A stretch of DNA of 64,000 nt, from NCBI GenBank assembly GCA_016212295.1, contig JACRGO010000237.1:215-64214 (forward strand). Direction: 5' to 3'. Numbering within the stretch: the stretch's first letter is position 1; each line of letters opens with the position of its first letter. Under the pieces are notes generated by a model, which saw nothing but the letters and a program-made list of their open reading frames with translations, ran no database searches and was not told the origin of the DNA. The position numbers were made by a program, and so were the translations under genes. This document shows, one piece after another, positions 32,182 to 43,740 of this stretch. The stretch comes from Nitrospinota bacterium (GTDB taxonomy: Bacteria > Nitrospinota > Nitrospinia > JACRGO01).

Positions 32182-33605
32182 TCAGCTTGTCTCGCAAGCT
32201 GCACTGCTGAAAGGATTGTTTGTGAAACAAGAAATTAATTTCCCTTGCGTCTTCCGCAGTTTTTCCATCTCCGTTTTGACTTCCGCGAAATTGGGATTAA
32301 GCCTCAGCGCTTTTTTAAAACAATCCACAGCCTCGTGGCTTTCTTGTTTCAGCGTATAAACCATTCCCATGTTATAGTGGACCACCGCGTCGTCAGGATA
32401 GATTTTCAGGGCTTTCCTGTAATTCCTGATTGCGTCATCATACTTTTTTTGTTTTCTAAGGGAGATGGCGACACGATTAAGGGTGTGGAAAAGGTCCTCT
32501 TGGGTACCGCCGCTTCCTTTTCTGTTTCCGTCATTACGTGGTAAAGGTCCGCAAGGGCGATAAGGGCATTGATGAATTTGCCGCCCATCATTTTCAGCGC
32601 CAGCATAAAATACTCTTCCGCCTTCTGGTAATTTTTTTTGAGCTGGTACGCCCGGCCTTCTCCCACAAGCCGCCGAGGCGCGTAGGTGTTCATTGCGTCC
32701 GTTTTGAATTCATACTTCTTCCTTAGATTCAGAACGGTTTCCTTCAAAAGATATATGGCCTTTTGAAATCCTCCAGATTCATCAGGATTTGACGCATCAT
32801 GGTTGGATTGGATTTCCCGGACCATTGCCATGGCCTCCTCTCTTTTTGAATCCATTACTTCAATTACTTTTAATTCCCCCTTTAATTCCCCGGCCATCCT
32901 GTCCATTAAAGACAACAATTCCTGGACCCTGGAATATTGAAAAGTCGACAGCGCTATATCCGCGGCCCGGGGATCGTTTTTCCTTTCTAAAATATTTTCT
33001 CCTATGTCGATCAGTTTCTTAAAAGTCGAATCAGTGAGTTTTTCGTTGATATGATCGAGGGCCGCCTCTATCATTTTTGTTATATTTTCGCTGTTTTGAG
33101 ACACCACGCTGGCCTCTATCTTCGCTTCCTTGGCGAGAGCTATGATTTGGCTGTGTCTGTTTTGCTCATCCAGGGTTAAGCCGTCCATATTTGGAAAGTC
33201 AACTACAATGACAGCGCCGCTAAAACGGGGATGCGACCTGAGTTCCTTGACCGTCTCAATGGCGCGAGGGGCATCGGCGAGATCCGTTATGGACAAAAAA
33301 ACAAGACGGCATTGAAGCATCATCTCCTTGGAATCCATTGCTTTTTCTCCCATGAGGTCCGCAATCATATTCCACTCGTCGCCTATCAGGCGCATGGCCT
33401 CGGAATAACTTTTCAGCAGGCAAATATTCTCCACCCCCTGGTCTTTCAGTCCTTTTTTCACCGTGGACCGTCTTGCGCTGCTTCCCGTTATTTCCACGAC
33501 CGCCACATACCCGCTTTGGTTTTTTGAACTATTCCGGCGGTCCAGCAAAAATTCGCCAATATTTTTTATTTTTTTTTGATCCGTTTTTCTTTCAAAGGGG
33601 TTCAT
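32182..33605 (-). CDS. TPR-repeat protein with unknown N-terminal domain, interrupted by a frameshift or stop near 32385-32406
   Basis: ORF 32406..33605 (399 aa) ends in a non-TPR-like tail. The TPR register resumes in ORF 32182..32385 ('VHYNMGMVYTLKQESHEAVDCFKKALRLNP'). Confidence 0.5.
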
Positions 33606-33748
33606 GTTTTTTTGAGGTAAGAGGGCTTACGCATAAGAAACCGTTCAGTGCCGTAAATGGATTTTAGCCACAACTTACACGAGCCCGGCATACGGATGGC
33701 ATACAGATTCGATTTTAAGGGAGTAACAAAGGGAAATGCGCTGGTTCA

Positions 33749-36700
33749 CTACAGGAGGGTTTTGTATATCTCTTCGGTTTTTGGAGAGGGGACGTCGCCC
33801 AGTGACGAAAAAAGGATTCGGCGGCATTGCTTATAAAAGGATATCCCCAAGGCTGGATTCCCCGCGCTCCGGCAGCATACCATGATCCTTTGGTAAAATT
33901 CCTCAAGGGCAGGGTCCGTATCCAGTATCCCTCGATAACAGTCAATGGCCTTGTCGAACTCTTCCCCTCGCTCAAGGTAATTTCCCGCCTTGGACGCCAT
34001 GTGGACAAATCTGTTTTTGAGCCTTTCTCTATAGGCGATCAACCATGCCTTTTCACTGTCTCCCGCCAGATACCTGCCTTTATACAGCTCGAAAACCTTT
34101 CGAGCCAGGGAGGACGCGAGTTTTATATCATTACCATCGGAACTAACGCCCTCTTTCCCCTCGCATCTTTTCATGAATGCTTCCATCTCTTCGTGCAGTT
34201 TGCCAAAGGCCCATATATCCACCCAACAATATCTTCTATTAATGGCTATGGCGCCTCCTTGCCGCTGTATAGTTTTATCGTTTCCTATGAGCTTGCGCAG
34301 CCTGTGCAATGCCGCCTCGAAGGACTGGTAAGCCAGGTCGCCGTCGGCATCCGGCCAGAGGACATCGGCCAATTGCTCGAAATTCACATTCGCGCCGCCA
34401 AGGGTGATCAGCGCCTTGAGCAGTTCCAGCGGTTTCTGCTGCACCTTCCCTGAAAACTCAATCGGTTTGCCGTCCTTTATGATCCTGAATCCGCCCAAGG
34501 TATATATCTTTATGGGATAGGGCCAACTTTCGGACGACCTAGTATTCGCAGGGGGCGTTAAGTTCCGCCTCCTGATGAGGCCCAGCACGTACTCCGTTTC
34601 GATGCCTTGTTCAAGGGCCTTGGCGCAGAAAAGTGACATCATCTCCGGGCGCCAACGCGAGAAGTTCACGTAGTTGTGGCGGGCGCCGATGGCGAATGCC
34701 AGACGAAGTTCGCTCACGCCTTGCGCTTCATCTCCCTGTTCAAGGGCAAACCACGCCTTAAAAACATGGCATAGAAACTCAACATGAGTCAGCCCGCGCA
34801 TCAGAGACAAGGCAATAGCCAAATCCTGCTCCGCCTCCTTGTAACGCTTCATGTCGAACAACGTGACGCCGCGCTCGATCCGGCACAATGCCACGGTAAA
34901 GGGACACGCGGTATCCTCGCTGAAACTTACCGCTTGATTGCCATGTTCGATGGAAAGCGTAAAATCGCCTTGATACCAGGCCACCAAGGCTGCCATGTAG
35001 TGATAAAGGCTCCTGTCCAATGTGCGGACGGAATTAAGACGCGCGATTCTGTTCAGGAAATCCTTGGCCGCTGCAAGATCGCCTTGAGAAATTTCGCTAT
35101 AGATGCCCTGGCCGAAAAGGAAGAAATCCAACAGGTGCACGCCCGTTTCCTCGCCAAGGGCCATGCCATGAGCGATGGAGGAAAGACAGGTATTGTGATC
35201 GGCTACAAGCCAGGCATACATGGCTTTTATGCCATACCACCCCTGCATCGCCAGAGGATCCGTGCCGGGTTTTTCGCTTGCCTGGCGCAAGGCGTCCACG
35301 ATGAGCGCGCCCTTCGCGAAATCCCCCATAATATAACGCCAGGTTGTTTCCGAGCGAGATGCGTAGGGAAAAGTCGGCGTCGCCTAGCACGATGCGATTC
35401 AGACGCTCCGCCCACATTGGCAGATCAGGATGAAGGGGTTGCCGCCAAAGCAAGGCGTTGAACATGCCTGACGCCACCCGCGCCTCAATATCGGACGACG
35501 GAAAGGCAGGATGCTTCCGCGCAATGGTTTCCAACTCGTCAATCCACGCGCCCATCGGCCTGAAGTCGTTCCATGCAAAGACAAAAGTGTCCATGACGGC
35601 CGCCCACGCAAGAAACAAACCGGATACATCCTCTTCTTCCTTGAACATCGGGCAGGCCTTTTCGAAATGTCCTCCGGCCTCGACGGGGTTATAGGCCATC
35701 CGGCATATTCCAAGCCAATAAAGGAGCCAGGGGGATGCTTCTTTCAGTTCGCCCGGAATATTTTCTATCCACTCCTCAAGACTCTTGCTTCTGCCCTGCG
35801 ATGCCAACGCTGGAGCAAGGCTTACCGTCAGGCGCATGGCGTTGCCCCAGTCATGGGCATCCATATAAAGGCCAACCGCCTCGTCCATTTGCCCCCTTAT
35901 CTCCATGAGTAAAGCGGCCCTTTGCCGTAGGATGGAGATTTCCAGTCGCGTGAATGTCTCGCGGGAACGGGCCAGCAGGAACTCCCTGAAGAGAGGATGA
36001 TACTGGTATCCGTCCATGTACAATTTGGTGAAATAATTTTTACGGCTCAGGCTTTCCAGGATTTTTCCGGCGGAGTCGATCTCCGTGAGTTTTTCCGCAG
36101 TTTCCGGGTCAATTTTATTTAAAAAGACCGTTTTGAGAAGGACTTCCTGGACCACTGTATCTGTCCTGTCAAAAATCTCGCTGGCGAAATACTCGAATAC
36201 CTCTCGCTGTTTTTTTTTGGGGACAGGCGTCATTTCGCCTGAGGGAGAGCTTTCCATCATCAGCAGGAGCCCGGCCGCCCATCCATCCGTTCGCTCGTGC
36301 AACTTCTTCACGGAGTCGCCGGGCAAGTCCTTCCTCTCTTTTACCTTTAAAAACTCTTTTGACTCCTCCAGGGAGAATTTTATTTCAGCCCACCCCAGGG
36401 AACTGATTTTATTGTTTGCCCGCAGACGCGCGAATTGCGGCGGCGGTTCCTGGCGGCTCAATATGATAACCTTGACCCATTCAGGAATAAGGTCCAGGCC
36501 GCCGCTCATCATCTCCTGAAAAGCAGGACCAGGGACGTCCTGGTAGTTGTCGAGGACTATGGTGAATGATTTTGAATCGCGTTTTTTCGCGGCGCGGGGA
36601 CGGCCTTTGCCCGTGGCAGCCAAATCCGCCGGCAATAGCCTATGGAAAAGTTTTTCAAAATAGCGCCTTGTAAAGGATGGGATGGCCTGGAAATATTCGG

Positions 36701-36989
36701 AGGTCAATAGAGGAAGCGGTTTCTTATATCTTGGCGCGGCCTTTTTGGCGGCCAGTCCCATGTAATAAAAGAAGGTCGCGAGGTCGGAGTCGCCCCCATC
36801 CACCTGATACCAGAGGCATGGCAGCTTTCGGGCGTCCAGATAGTCGGCCACCAAGGTGGTCTTTCCAGAGCCAGGAGAGGCGCTGACCCAGGTAATCGGC
36901 TTTTCTCTTCCTGTGTCCAGCAAGTGGAAAAGTCGTTCCCTCCGGGCAATCCCGGTAAGATTCGGACGGTTTATTTTGGTTGCGGCCAT
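33749..36989 (-). CDS. STAND-type NTPase fused to SARP-like regulator (winged-helix plus BTAD); reading frame broken near 35330-35400
   Basis: The N-terminal ORF (35097..36989) has a Walker A 'SASPGSGKTTL' and a MalT-like NTPase. The C-terminal ORF (33749..35329) has 'YTLGGFRIIKDGKPIEFSGKVQQKPLELLKALI' (an OmpR/SARP-type DNA-binding segment) and a BTAD-like C-terminus. The two ORFs overlap by 233 bp in different frames. Confidence 0.6.
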
Positions 36990-37254
36990 GTAGCGCTATG
37001 GTATCGTTGAAGAACTGAAAAATCAAGCGCTTATTTTCCAGGAATTCGACTCGCGTGATCCGCGAACTCCGCGGTTAAAAAAAACTAATTTTTTTTATTC
37101 ACGGTTGCGATGCCGGGCCTTTTGCCATATTTATAATCCTTGAAAATCCGGAATGCTTTTTCTTTTAATTCCGTTCTTTTTGCTTTTTGATTTTACCAAC
37201 TGTTAACTGTAAACTGTAAACCGTTAAAGCCTTTCAGCATGACAAAAAAACAAA

Positions 37255-38082
37255 ATGAAAGATTACTATTCAATACTTGAAATTGGCAGGGACGCCGGGG
37301 AGGACGGGATAAAAAAATCCTACAGGAGGCTGGCCATGCAGTACCACCCGGACCGCAATCCGAACGATCCCAAGGCCGAGGAAAAATTCAAGGAAATAAC
37401 CGAGGCTTACGGGGTCCTGATGGACCCGGTAAAAAGAAGGGAGTACGATACTTTTTTCAGCCATGCCAAGGAGCGCCGGGGACACGAAGGGACCCAATTC
37501 CGGTATAGCGAGGAAGAAATCTTCCGTGACCTCTTCAATGATCCAAACCTTTTCAATTTTTTCAACGAGCTTGGGAAAGAATTTGAAAAGTCCGGCGTCC
37601 GCTTCGGTCCCTCCCTGTTTGAAAGCGTATTCTTCCGCAAGGGCGGTATTTTTTTCGCCGGGGCGGTATTCAGTCCCTTGAACAAGGCTTATAAACTGTA
37701 TAATTTCTTCAAAATGGCCCAAACCGCCCATTCCGCTTTCAAAAAATACCAGGACTCCAAGGGGGACAGTCCGGGTGGACTAAAAGAGGAGAAGTCTACA
37801 AAGCCGGGGTTTATAAAGGAAAAGATCAAGGGCCTATTTGGAAAGAAAGAGGCCGCTCAAGGGGCGGAAGGCGATCCGGTTTTCCGCTTGCGCATTTCCC
37901 CCAGGGAGGCGGCGGAGGGGACTGAAAAATCCATGGCGTTTAAAATCAACGGCCAGGAAGAAAGGCTTAAGGTAAAAATACCAATGGGCGCCGGAAACGG
38001 GACTAAATTAAGGCTTAAGGGAAAGGGCGCGCGAACAAGCGATGGCAGAGGTGATCTTTATATTCTCATCGAGGTTGGATAG
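37255..38082 (+). CDS. J-domain protein (DnaJ-like co-chaperone)
   Basis: The N-terminal J domain '[36 protein letters not shown]...' has the HPD motif. The C-terminus 'DLYILIEV' resembles a DnaJ C-terminal fragment. Confidence 0.8.
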   Translation: MKDYYSILEIGRDAGEDGIKKSYRRLAMQYHPDRNPNDPKAEEKFKEITEAYGVLMDPVKRREYDTFFSHAKERRGHEGTQFRYSEEEIFRDLFNDPNLFNFFNELGKEFEKSGVRFGPSLFESVFFRKGGIFFAGAVFSPLNKAYKLYNFFKMAQTAHSAFKKYQDSKGDSPGGLKEEKSTKPGFIKEKIKGLFGKKEAAQGAEGDPVFRLRISPREAAEGTEKSMAFKINGQEERLKVKIPMGAGNGTKLRLKGKGARTSDGRGDLYILIEVG

Positions 38083-38187
38083 ATTCATACCCGGCTACCG
38101 CCCCTCCGGTATGTATCATTATCGGCCTCCCTGCCTGAAAAATTGCGCCGCTTTTTCAAAAGCGTTAGCTGTAGTACAATAATAATC

Positions 38188-39153
38188 ATGACAAAGGCTC
38201 TTAAAAAACCACTCGCGCTATTCCCAATTTTTATTTTCCTGGCCGTGGTTTTCGCTTTGCCGGTTTTTGCCCTGGCCACTGACGCTCCAAAAAACGAAGT
38301 CCCCACGGCGGTAAGCCCCAATTGCGCCATTGAAATCAAGGCAAACATGATTACCGCCAAGATAGATGGAGCTCCCCTGTCCGAGGTCATTGATAAAATC
38401 ACCCAAATCACCAAGGTGAAATTTTCCTTTTCCAAGCTACCGGAAATTTCCGTGTTCGCTAATTTTCAAAACCTCGCGCTGGAGGAGGGGATAGGCAGGA
38501 TACTGGAGTTCATGGATTACATATTCCTGTATGAACCGGACCCTAAGACTGGCCAAAGGCTCATGGAGGTAAAGTTACTTTCCCTTAAAAAAGGAGTTGT
38601 GCCGGCAACAGCGGCCAAGGGCAAGGAAATCAAGGACAAAAACGGCAAGCCCGTGAAACCTCAACCAGTGGTTAAAGGCAATGAAAAAAAACCGGGTGAG
38701 ACCGCCACTGAGGAAAACCCGGATGAGCTTGCCAAGCTCCTCGGCGAGATAGAAGAAGGCCAAAAGATCAAGGAAATAATCAAGAAACTAAAGGACAAGG
38801 ACACCGCCGCCAGGCTGAAGGCGGTGCATGATCTATCCAATTTCGATGGAGAAATGGCCGTCGACGCCCTGATCATCGCGCAGGATGACGCAAACCCGGA
38901 GGTCAGCCAGGCCGCTGAAAAGGCCCTGGATGTAATTGATGAGCGGGAAACCTTGTCCATAGTGAAGGACGACATAAAGGACCCTGACCCTATGGTACGG
39001 TTGAACGCGGTCGAAATAGCCGAGGACTACAAAGGAGGCAATTGGGTCCAGGTCCTTGAAGGAAGCCTCCATGACGAAGACAGCAGGGTGCGGCAGAAGG
39101 CCGCCGAGATTCTTAAATCCATGACCGGCAAGGACTATCACGTGGCGCCTTAG
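38188..39153 (+). CDS. secreted HEAT/PBS-lyase-repeat protein
   Basis: It has a signal peptide ('LALFPIFIFLAVVFALPVFALA') and C-terminal HEAT-like repeats ('ARLKAVHDLSN...', 'DPMVRLNAVEIA', 'DSRVRQKAAEIL'). Confidence 0.65.
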   Translation: MTKALKKPLALFPIFIFLAVVFALPVFALATDAPKNEVPTAVSPNCAIEIKANMITAKIDGAPLSEVIDKITQITKVKFSFSKLPEISVFANFQNLALEEGIGRILEFMDYIFLYEPDPKTGQRLMEVKLLSLKKGVVPATAAKGKEIKDKNGKPVKPQPVVKGNEKKPGETATEENPDELAKLLGEIEEGQKIKEIIKKLKDKDTAARLKAVHDLSNFDGEMAVDALIIAQDDANPEVSQAAEKALDVIDERETLSIVKDDIKDPDPMVRLNAVEIAEDYKGGNWVQVLEGSLHDEDSRVRQKAAEILKSMTGKDYHVAP

Positions 39154-39159
39154 AAAATC

Positions 39160-40599
39160 ATGAACATCAAAAAACTCACGGACTACAAATGGGAGATCGA
39201 GCAGGACGCGGCCAGGGGAATGCGCGTCCCCGGCATCATTTACGCTGACGATAATCTCATGCGGTTGATAGAGAAGGACAACTCCGCCGGGCAGGTGGCG
39301 AACGGCGCGACCTTGCCGGGAATAGTAAAGGGCTCAATGGCCATGCCGGACATGCACTTCGGTTACGGTCTCCCCATCGGAGGGGTCGTTGCCACGCGCA
39401 TGGAGGACGGCGTCGTGTCGCCCGGCGGCACTGGATACGACATCAATTGCGGTGTCAGGCTCTTGAGGACCAATCTGAATTCGCAAGAGGTGGAAGCCTC
39501 GGCCTTGCTTCTCGCCAATGAACTCTTTCAAAGCATACCAACAGGCGTCGGGTCCAGGGGAGACATACGCCTTTCCGGAAGGGATTACAGAGACGTGCTT
39601 ATTAACGGCGCGAGATGGGCGGTGGAAAGAGGTTACGGCGCGGTCGAGGACATCGGGCATATAGAGGCCCAGGGCCGCATGGAGGGGGCAGACCCCGCCT
39701 CAGTCGGACAAAAGGCAATGGACAGGGGCAAGGACCAGTTGGGCACCCTGGGGTCTGGAAACCATTTCCTGGAAGTGCAGGTGGTGGAGGAAATTTTTTT
39801 TCCAAAGGCGGCGGCCGCCTTTGGACTCTTCCCCGGCCAGGTCACGGTCATGATCCACACCGGCTCCAGGGGATTCGGACACCAGGTCTGCACTGATTAT
39901 TTACAGGAGATGGAGAAGGCCGTCAGGAAGTACGGTATCGAACTCCCGGACCGGCAGCTGGCCTGCGCACCCATCCAATCCCCGGAAGGAAAAAGCTATC
40001 TCTCCGCCATGAGGGCCGCCGCCAATTACGCCTGGGCCAACAGGCAATGCCTGGCCGGACTGACGGAAAGGGCCTTTGAGCGGATTTTACAAATGGGGCC
40101 TGCCGCCCTGGGCATGTCCTGCCTGTACGACGTGGCCCATAATATAGTCAAGATCGAGGAACATATAATCGGCGGAAAAAAGATGAGACTTGCGGTCCAC
40201 CGGAAAGGCGCCACAAGGTCCTTTCCGCCCCATCACCCGGAAGTCCCGGAGTCATGCAAGGAAGTGGGCCAGCCGGTTATCATTCCCGGCGACATGGGAA
40301 GGGCCTCATACGTTCTGGTCGGGACCCAGAAGGCGATGGAGGAAACCTTCGGCAGCACCTGCCACGGCGCCGGGCGCCTCCTGAGCCGGCACGCGGCCAT
40401 CAGGCAGACAAAGGGAAGGGCAATTGAAAGAGAGCTTGGGGACAAGGGCATCATCGTGAGGTCAGCCGGAAGACACACACTGAAGGAAGAGGCCCCTGAA
40501 GCCTACAAAAACGTCACCGAGGTGGTGAACGTCGTGGAAAAGGCCGGGCTCTCCCTCAAGGTCGCGCGGCTGAGGCCGATAATAGTGATAAAGGGATAA
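39160..40599 (+). CDS. rtcB: RNA-splicing ligase RtcB
   Basis: 479 aa with the conserved metal-binding and active-site motifs 'GSGNHFLEVQ', 'HTGSRGFGHQ' and 'CHGAGR'. Confidence 0.9.
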   Translation: MNIKKLTDYKWEIEQDAARGMRVPGIIYADDNLMRLIEKDNSAGQVANGATLPGIVKGSMAMPDMHFGYGLPIGGVVATRMEDGVVSPGGTGYDINCGVRLLRTNLNSQEVEASALLLANELFQSIPTGVGSRGDIRLSGRDYRDVLINGARWAVERGYGAVEDIGHIEAQGRMEGADPASVGQKAMDRGKDQLGTLGSGNHFLEVQVVEEIFFPKAAAAFGLFPGQVTVMIHTGSRGFGHQVCTDYLQEMEKAVRKYGIELPDRQLACAPIQSPEGKSYLSAMRAAANYAWANRQCLAGLTERAFERILQMGPAALGMSCLYDVAHNIVKIEEHIIGGKKMRLAVHRKGATRSFPPHHPEVPESCKEVGQPVIIPGDMGRASYVLVGTQKAMEETFGSTCHGAGRLLSRHAAIRQTKGRAIERELGDKGIIVRSAGRHTLKEEAPEAYKNVTEVVNVVEKAGLSLKVARLRPIIVIKG

Positions 40600-40616
40600 G
40601 AGAGGCTGCAACAAGT

Positions 40617-41015
40617 ATGAGCATTGACATTGAAAGCATGATTATGACTGTGCTTATCTTTATCGCGGCTCTTTTGTATTCATCCGTTGGCCATGCCGGA
40701 GCTTCCGGCTACATTGCCGCTATGGCGCTAACTGGCTTATCACCTGCCGTCATGAAGCCCGCGGCCTTAGCCTTAAACATCCTTGTAGCCTTTATCGCCA
40801 CATTCAAATTTTACCGCGTAGGCGCTTTTTCATGGGATCTCTTTTGGCCGCTTGCGCTTGCTTCTATACCGTGCGCCGACAGGGGGGCTTCTTACATTGC
40901 CTACCCGTATATACAAACCAATTATTGGGCTTGTGCTCATTACGGAAGCGCAAACGCGGCGCGTTGTCTGCTTTTGTGGTCTTGGGGGCGTATAGGGGCG
41001 TGTTTTGAATTGTGA
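40617..41015 (+). pseudogene. TSUP (TauE/SafE) family transporter, truncated and frameshifted
   Basis: The N-terminus 'SSVGHAGASGYIAAMALTGLSP' is the TSUP signature. After a G6 homopolymer at about 40870 the conserved continuation ('GGLLTLPTRIYKPIIGLVL') is in another frame. The total is about 130 aa against about 250 aa expected. Confidence 0.5.
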
Positions 41016-41030
41016 TTATAATCCCTGCAA

Positions 41031-41457
41031 ATGGAAATAAAAAATCCTTATATAAAGATATTTCAAGACCTTCAAGCCAAGAATATAAAATACCTGGTTG
41101 TTGGAGAATTGGGCCTTACGAAAGACTTTGACCAATTGTATTCAAGGGGATTAAAACAAGAAGCAGGAAAAAATTCCTTGTATTTCATCGGCAAGGAGTA
41201 TCTTATAGATATGAAGGCAAAGGCCGGGAACGCCGTCTGGCTGGACAAAATCAAGGAAAAGTTCGCCGGTGAAAAAGAATAATAAAAAAGAAATGCAGGA
41301 AGCTTGGATGGATTCCGCCCTGGATATGGATGCGTTCAGGTCGTGGGACATAGAGAAGCAATTGGACGCCATAGTGGAATTCGCAAAAACCCGGTATTCC
41401 CTGGAAAAAGAGTTTTCATTCAAACAGTTGAAAAAACGCCGTGTAAAAAAAGATTGA
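41031..41457 (+). CDS. two small AT-rich hypothetical ORFs (83 and 62 aa)
   Basis: ORFs 41031..41282 and 41269..41457 have no recognisable domains. They are AT-rich, unlike their flanks. Confidence 0.25.
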
Positions 41458-41616
41458 CGAAATTTGAAGCGCCAAATAACAAACATCAAATCACAAATAA
41501 GCTCCAAAAGCAAAATTCCAATAACAATCCTTGATTATTGAAATTTTGAGTTTATTTGAAATTTGTAGTTTGAAATTTGAAATTTTTGGTTTCTTGCATT
41601 AAGCTCAGGAGCTCCC

Positions 41617-43434
41617 ATGTTTCCCACTGGAATTCCCCTGGAAAGCCTGCTGAAGATCGACCTTACGGGAAACGCCCTGGACCTTGGGGCCTTGGCGAAG
41701 GCCCAGCCAGGAGACGTTCTGCAAGGGCAGGTGGTGAAAGGCCCCTCCCCTGACGGCGTAAGCGTCGCTAGGCTTGGCGGCCAAAACGTCTCCCTGCCCA
41801 ACACCCCCAACCTTTCCCAGGGCCAGACAATATCAGTGGAAGTGGTGAAGGTCGCCTACCAGCTCTCACTCAAGATTGTCCCATCAGAGTCCCAGCCTAA
41901 GCCATACCAAGGGACCGGACCATACCAGCAGCCGGTTCTTCCCCAAGCCGCGCCAGGCATGCCGCCCTCGGCCCTGGTCCTCCAGCTTCCTGAAAGCCTC
42001 AAAACCGGAAACATCCTCTCCCTGGCGAAACCGGGCGACATCATCTCAGGCGTCGTGGTAAAGAATCTTGGGCAGAACCAATCCATAATCCAATACGACG
42101 GGGTGGACGTCCCGGCCTTCAGCTCTCAGGCATTAAATGAAGGCCAGACCGTAAGGGCGAAAATCGAGCGAACCCTTCCTCAATTGACTCTCAGGGTCTT
42201 GCAGGACAGCCAATCAGCCGCGTCGCCCGGCCAGCGGTCCCCTGCCCTTTCCTCTCTGACCCAACCACCGTCCTTCCAGGAAATCGCCATGAGGATCTCC
42301 GCCAGCCAATTGAAAAGCCTCTCCGGCGGATTTCTCCCCAGGGAGGGCCAGCTCGTGGATGTGAAGGTCCTGCAAACCATGTCCGGCGGCAAGGCCCTTG
42401 TGGAAATCGGGGGAAGGCAAATCGAGGCGTTCCTCTCCCCGGACGCGAATGCGCAGCCCGGGAAGACGCTCTCCATGTCGGTTGACTCCCTTTCGCCCGA
42501 CCTTGTGCTGAGGTCCGTCCCTCCGGCCCAGGACCTCAGCCTGGAAAAGGCCGCAGGCTACGTCCGCGAATTCCTGCCGTCCAAGGAGCCCATGGAAAAG
42601 GTGTTGGGCCGCCTTTCGCATCTTGTGTCCGATGGAAAACTCCCGCAAGCGTTGCAATCCGAGAAGGGACTGCTGGACGGCCTTCGCCAGGCTCTGAACG
42701 ATTCAGTGCTCCAGAAACCAGGCTCTCCTGATCCGGCCCTTCTGGAACGCGCTGTGAACGTTTCCGGCCAGAGCTATGAAAATAACCTGAAAACCGCGCT
42801 GGAATTGGGCATCTCACCGGAGGAGATAAAAAACACGCTTCTGAAAGGGGACCTGAAAGGGGAGTTGTTGAAGCTTCAAAATGCAGTTGATGAAAAACTC
42901 CCAACCTTGAAGGGAGACAACCCGGAGGCGCAGGCCCAACTTCGGGAACTGCAAAACTTCGGCGGCGCGATCAAGGCCGCCGTGAACCAGATAGACCTCC
43001 ACCAGGTAATGAACGCCGTGAACCAGAGGGACCAGGGCTCGGCCTTTTTCCAGGTCCCGTACATCGCCTCAAACGGCGAGACCAAGACGGTTGACGTGTT
43101 CGTGAAAAGGAACTGGAAGGAAAAAGGCGGCAAGGGGGACACGGGAAAAGAGGACTGCAACGTCACCCTCTTGCTGGACATGACCTCGCTAGGCTCCCTG
43201 CGGGCGGACGTCCACCTGCAAAAGGACTCTCTCCATTGCAAGATTCTCTCACAGGACCAGAAGGTGGTGGATTTCATGGAAAGCCAATTGCCTTCACTGG
43301 AGGCGGGCCTGACAGGACTGGGGTACGAGGCTAAAATCGAGTGCAACCTGACCAAAAAGGAGAAGGTCTCCGCGCCTGTACATTCTGAAAAAACGCCCAT
43401 TGAAAAACTGGGGATTCTGGATGTGAAGGTTTGA
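41617..43434 (+). CDS. FliK-like flagellar hook-length control protein (three internal repeats plus a Flg_hook-like C-terminal domain)
   Basis: 605 aa, Pro/Gln-rich. It has three roughly 30-aa 'GDxxxGxVVKxxG...V...GG' repeats. The C-terminus 'VDVFVKRNW...VTLLLDMTSLGSLRADVHLQKDSLHCKILSQDQKVVDFMESQLPSLEAGLTGLG' fits the FliK C-terminal pattern. Confidence 0.5.
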   Translation: MFPTGIPLESLLKIDLTGNALDLGALAKAQPGDVLQGQVVKGPSPDGVSVARLGGQNVSLPNTPNLSQGQTISVEVVKVAYQLSLKIVPSESQPKPYQGTGPYQQPVLPQAAPGMPPSALVLQLPESLKTGNILSLAKPGDIISGVVVKNLGQNQSIIQYDGVDVPAFSSQALNEGQTVRAKIERTLPQLTLRVLQDSQSAASPGQRSPALSSLTQPPSFQEIAMRISASQLKSLSGGFLPREGQLVDVKVLQTMSGGKALVEIGGRQIEAFLSPDANAQPGKTLSMSVDSLSPDLVLRSVPPAQDLSLEKAAGYVREFLPSKEPMEKVLGRLSHLVSDGKLPQALQSEKGLLDGLRQALNDSVLQKPGSPDPALLERAVNVSGQSYENNLKTALELGISPEEIKNTLLKGDLKGELLKLQNAVDEKLPTLKGDNPEAQAQLRELQNFGGAIKAAVNQIDLHQVMNAVNQRDQGSAFFQVPYIASNGETKTVDVFVKRNWKEKGGKGDTGKEDCNVTLLLDMTSLGSLRADVHLQKDSLHCKILSQDQKVVDFMESQLPSLEAGLTGLGYEAKIECNLTKKEKVSAPVHSEKTPIEKLGILDVKV

Positions 43435-43740
43435 AAAAGGCTTCTTTCAAACTCCTTAACCACGAAGAACGCGAAGGACACGAATGCCATAAAGATTGCG
43501 CCCCGGAGGGGTGGCTGCCAGGGGAAGACCATGCCATAAGATGCCCAGGTCTCCATCAGCACATCGTCTTCGGAAACGAAAACCCGGTTGCGACCCCTCC
43601 AGGGTCGGATTAATTAATTTTTCAGATACCAGGGGTATCGGCCTGTGGCTTCAACCCCTGGCTAATGGCTGGCATCCCTCCGGGATGCATAATATCGCCC
43701 AATTTAGGTAATAAATAAAAAATCGCTATGCTATATGTTA

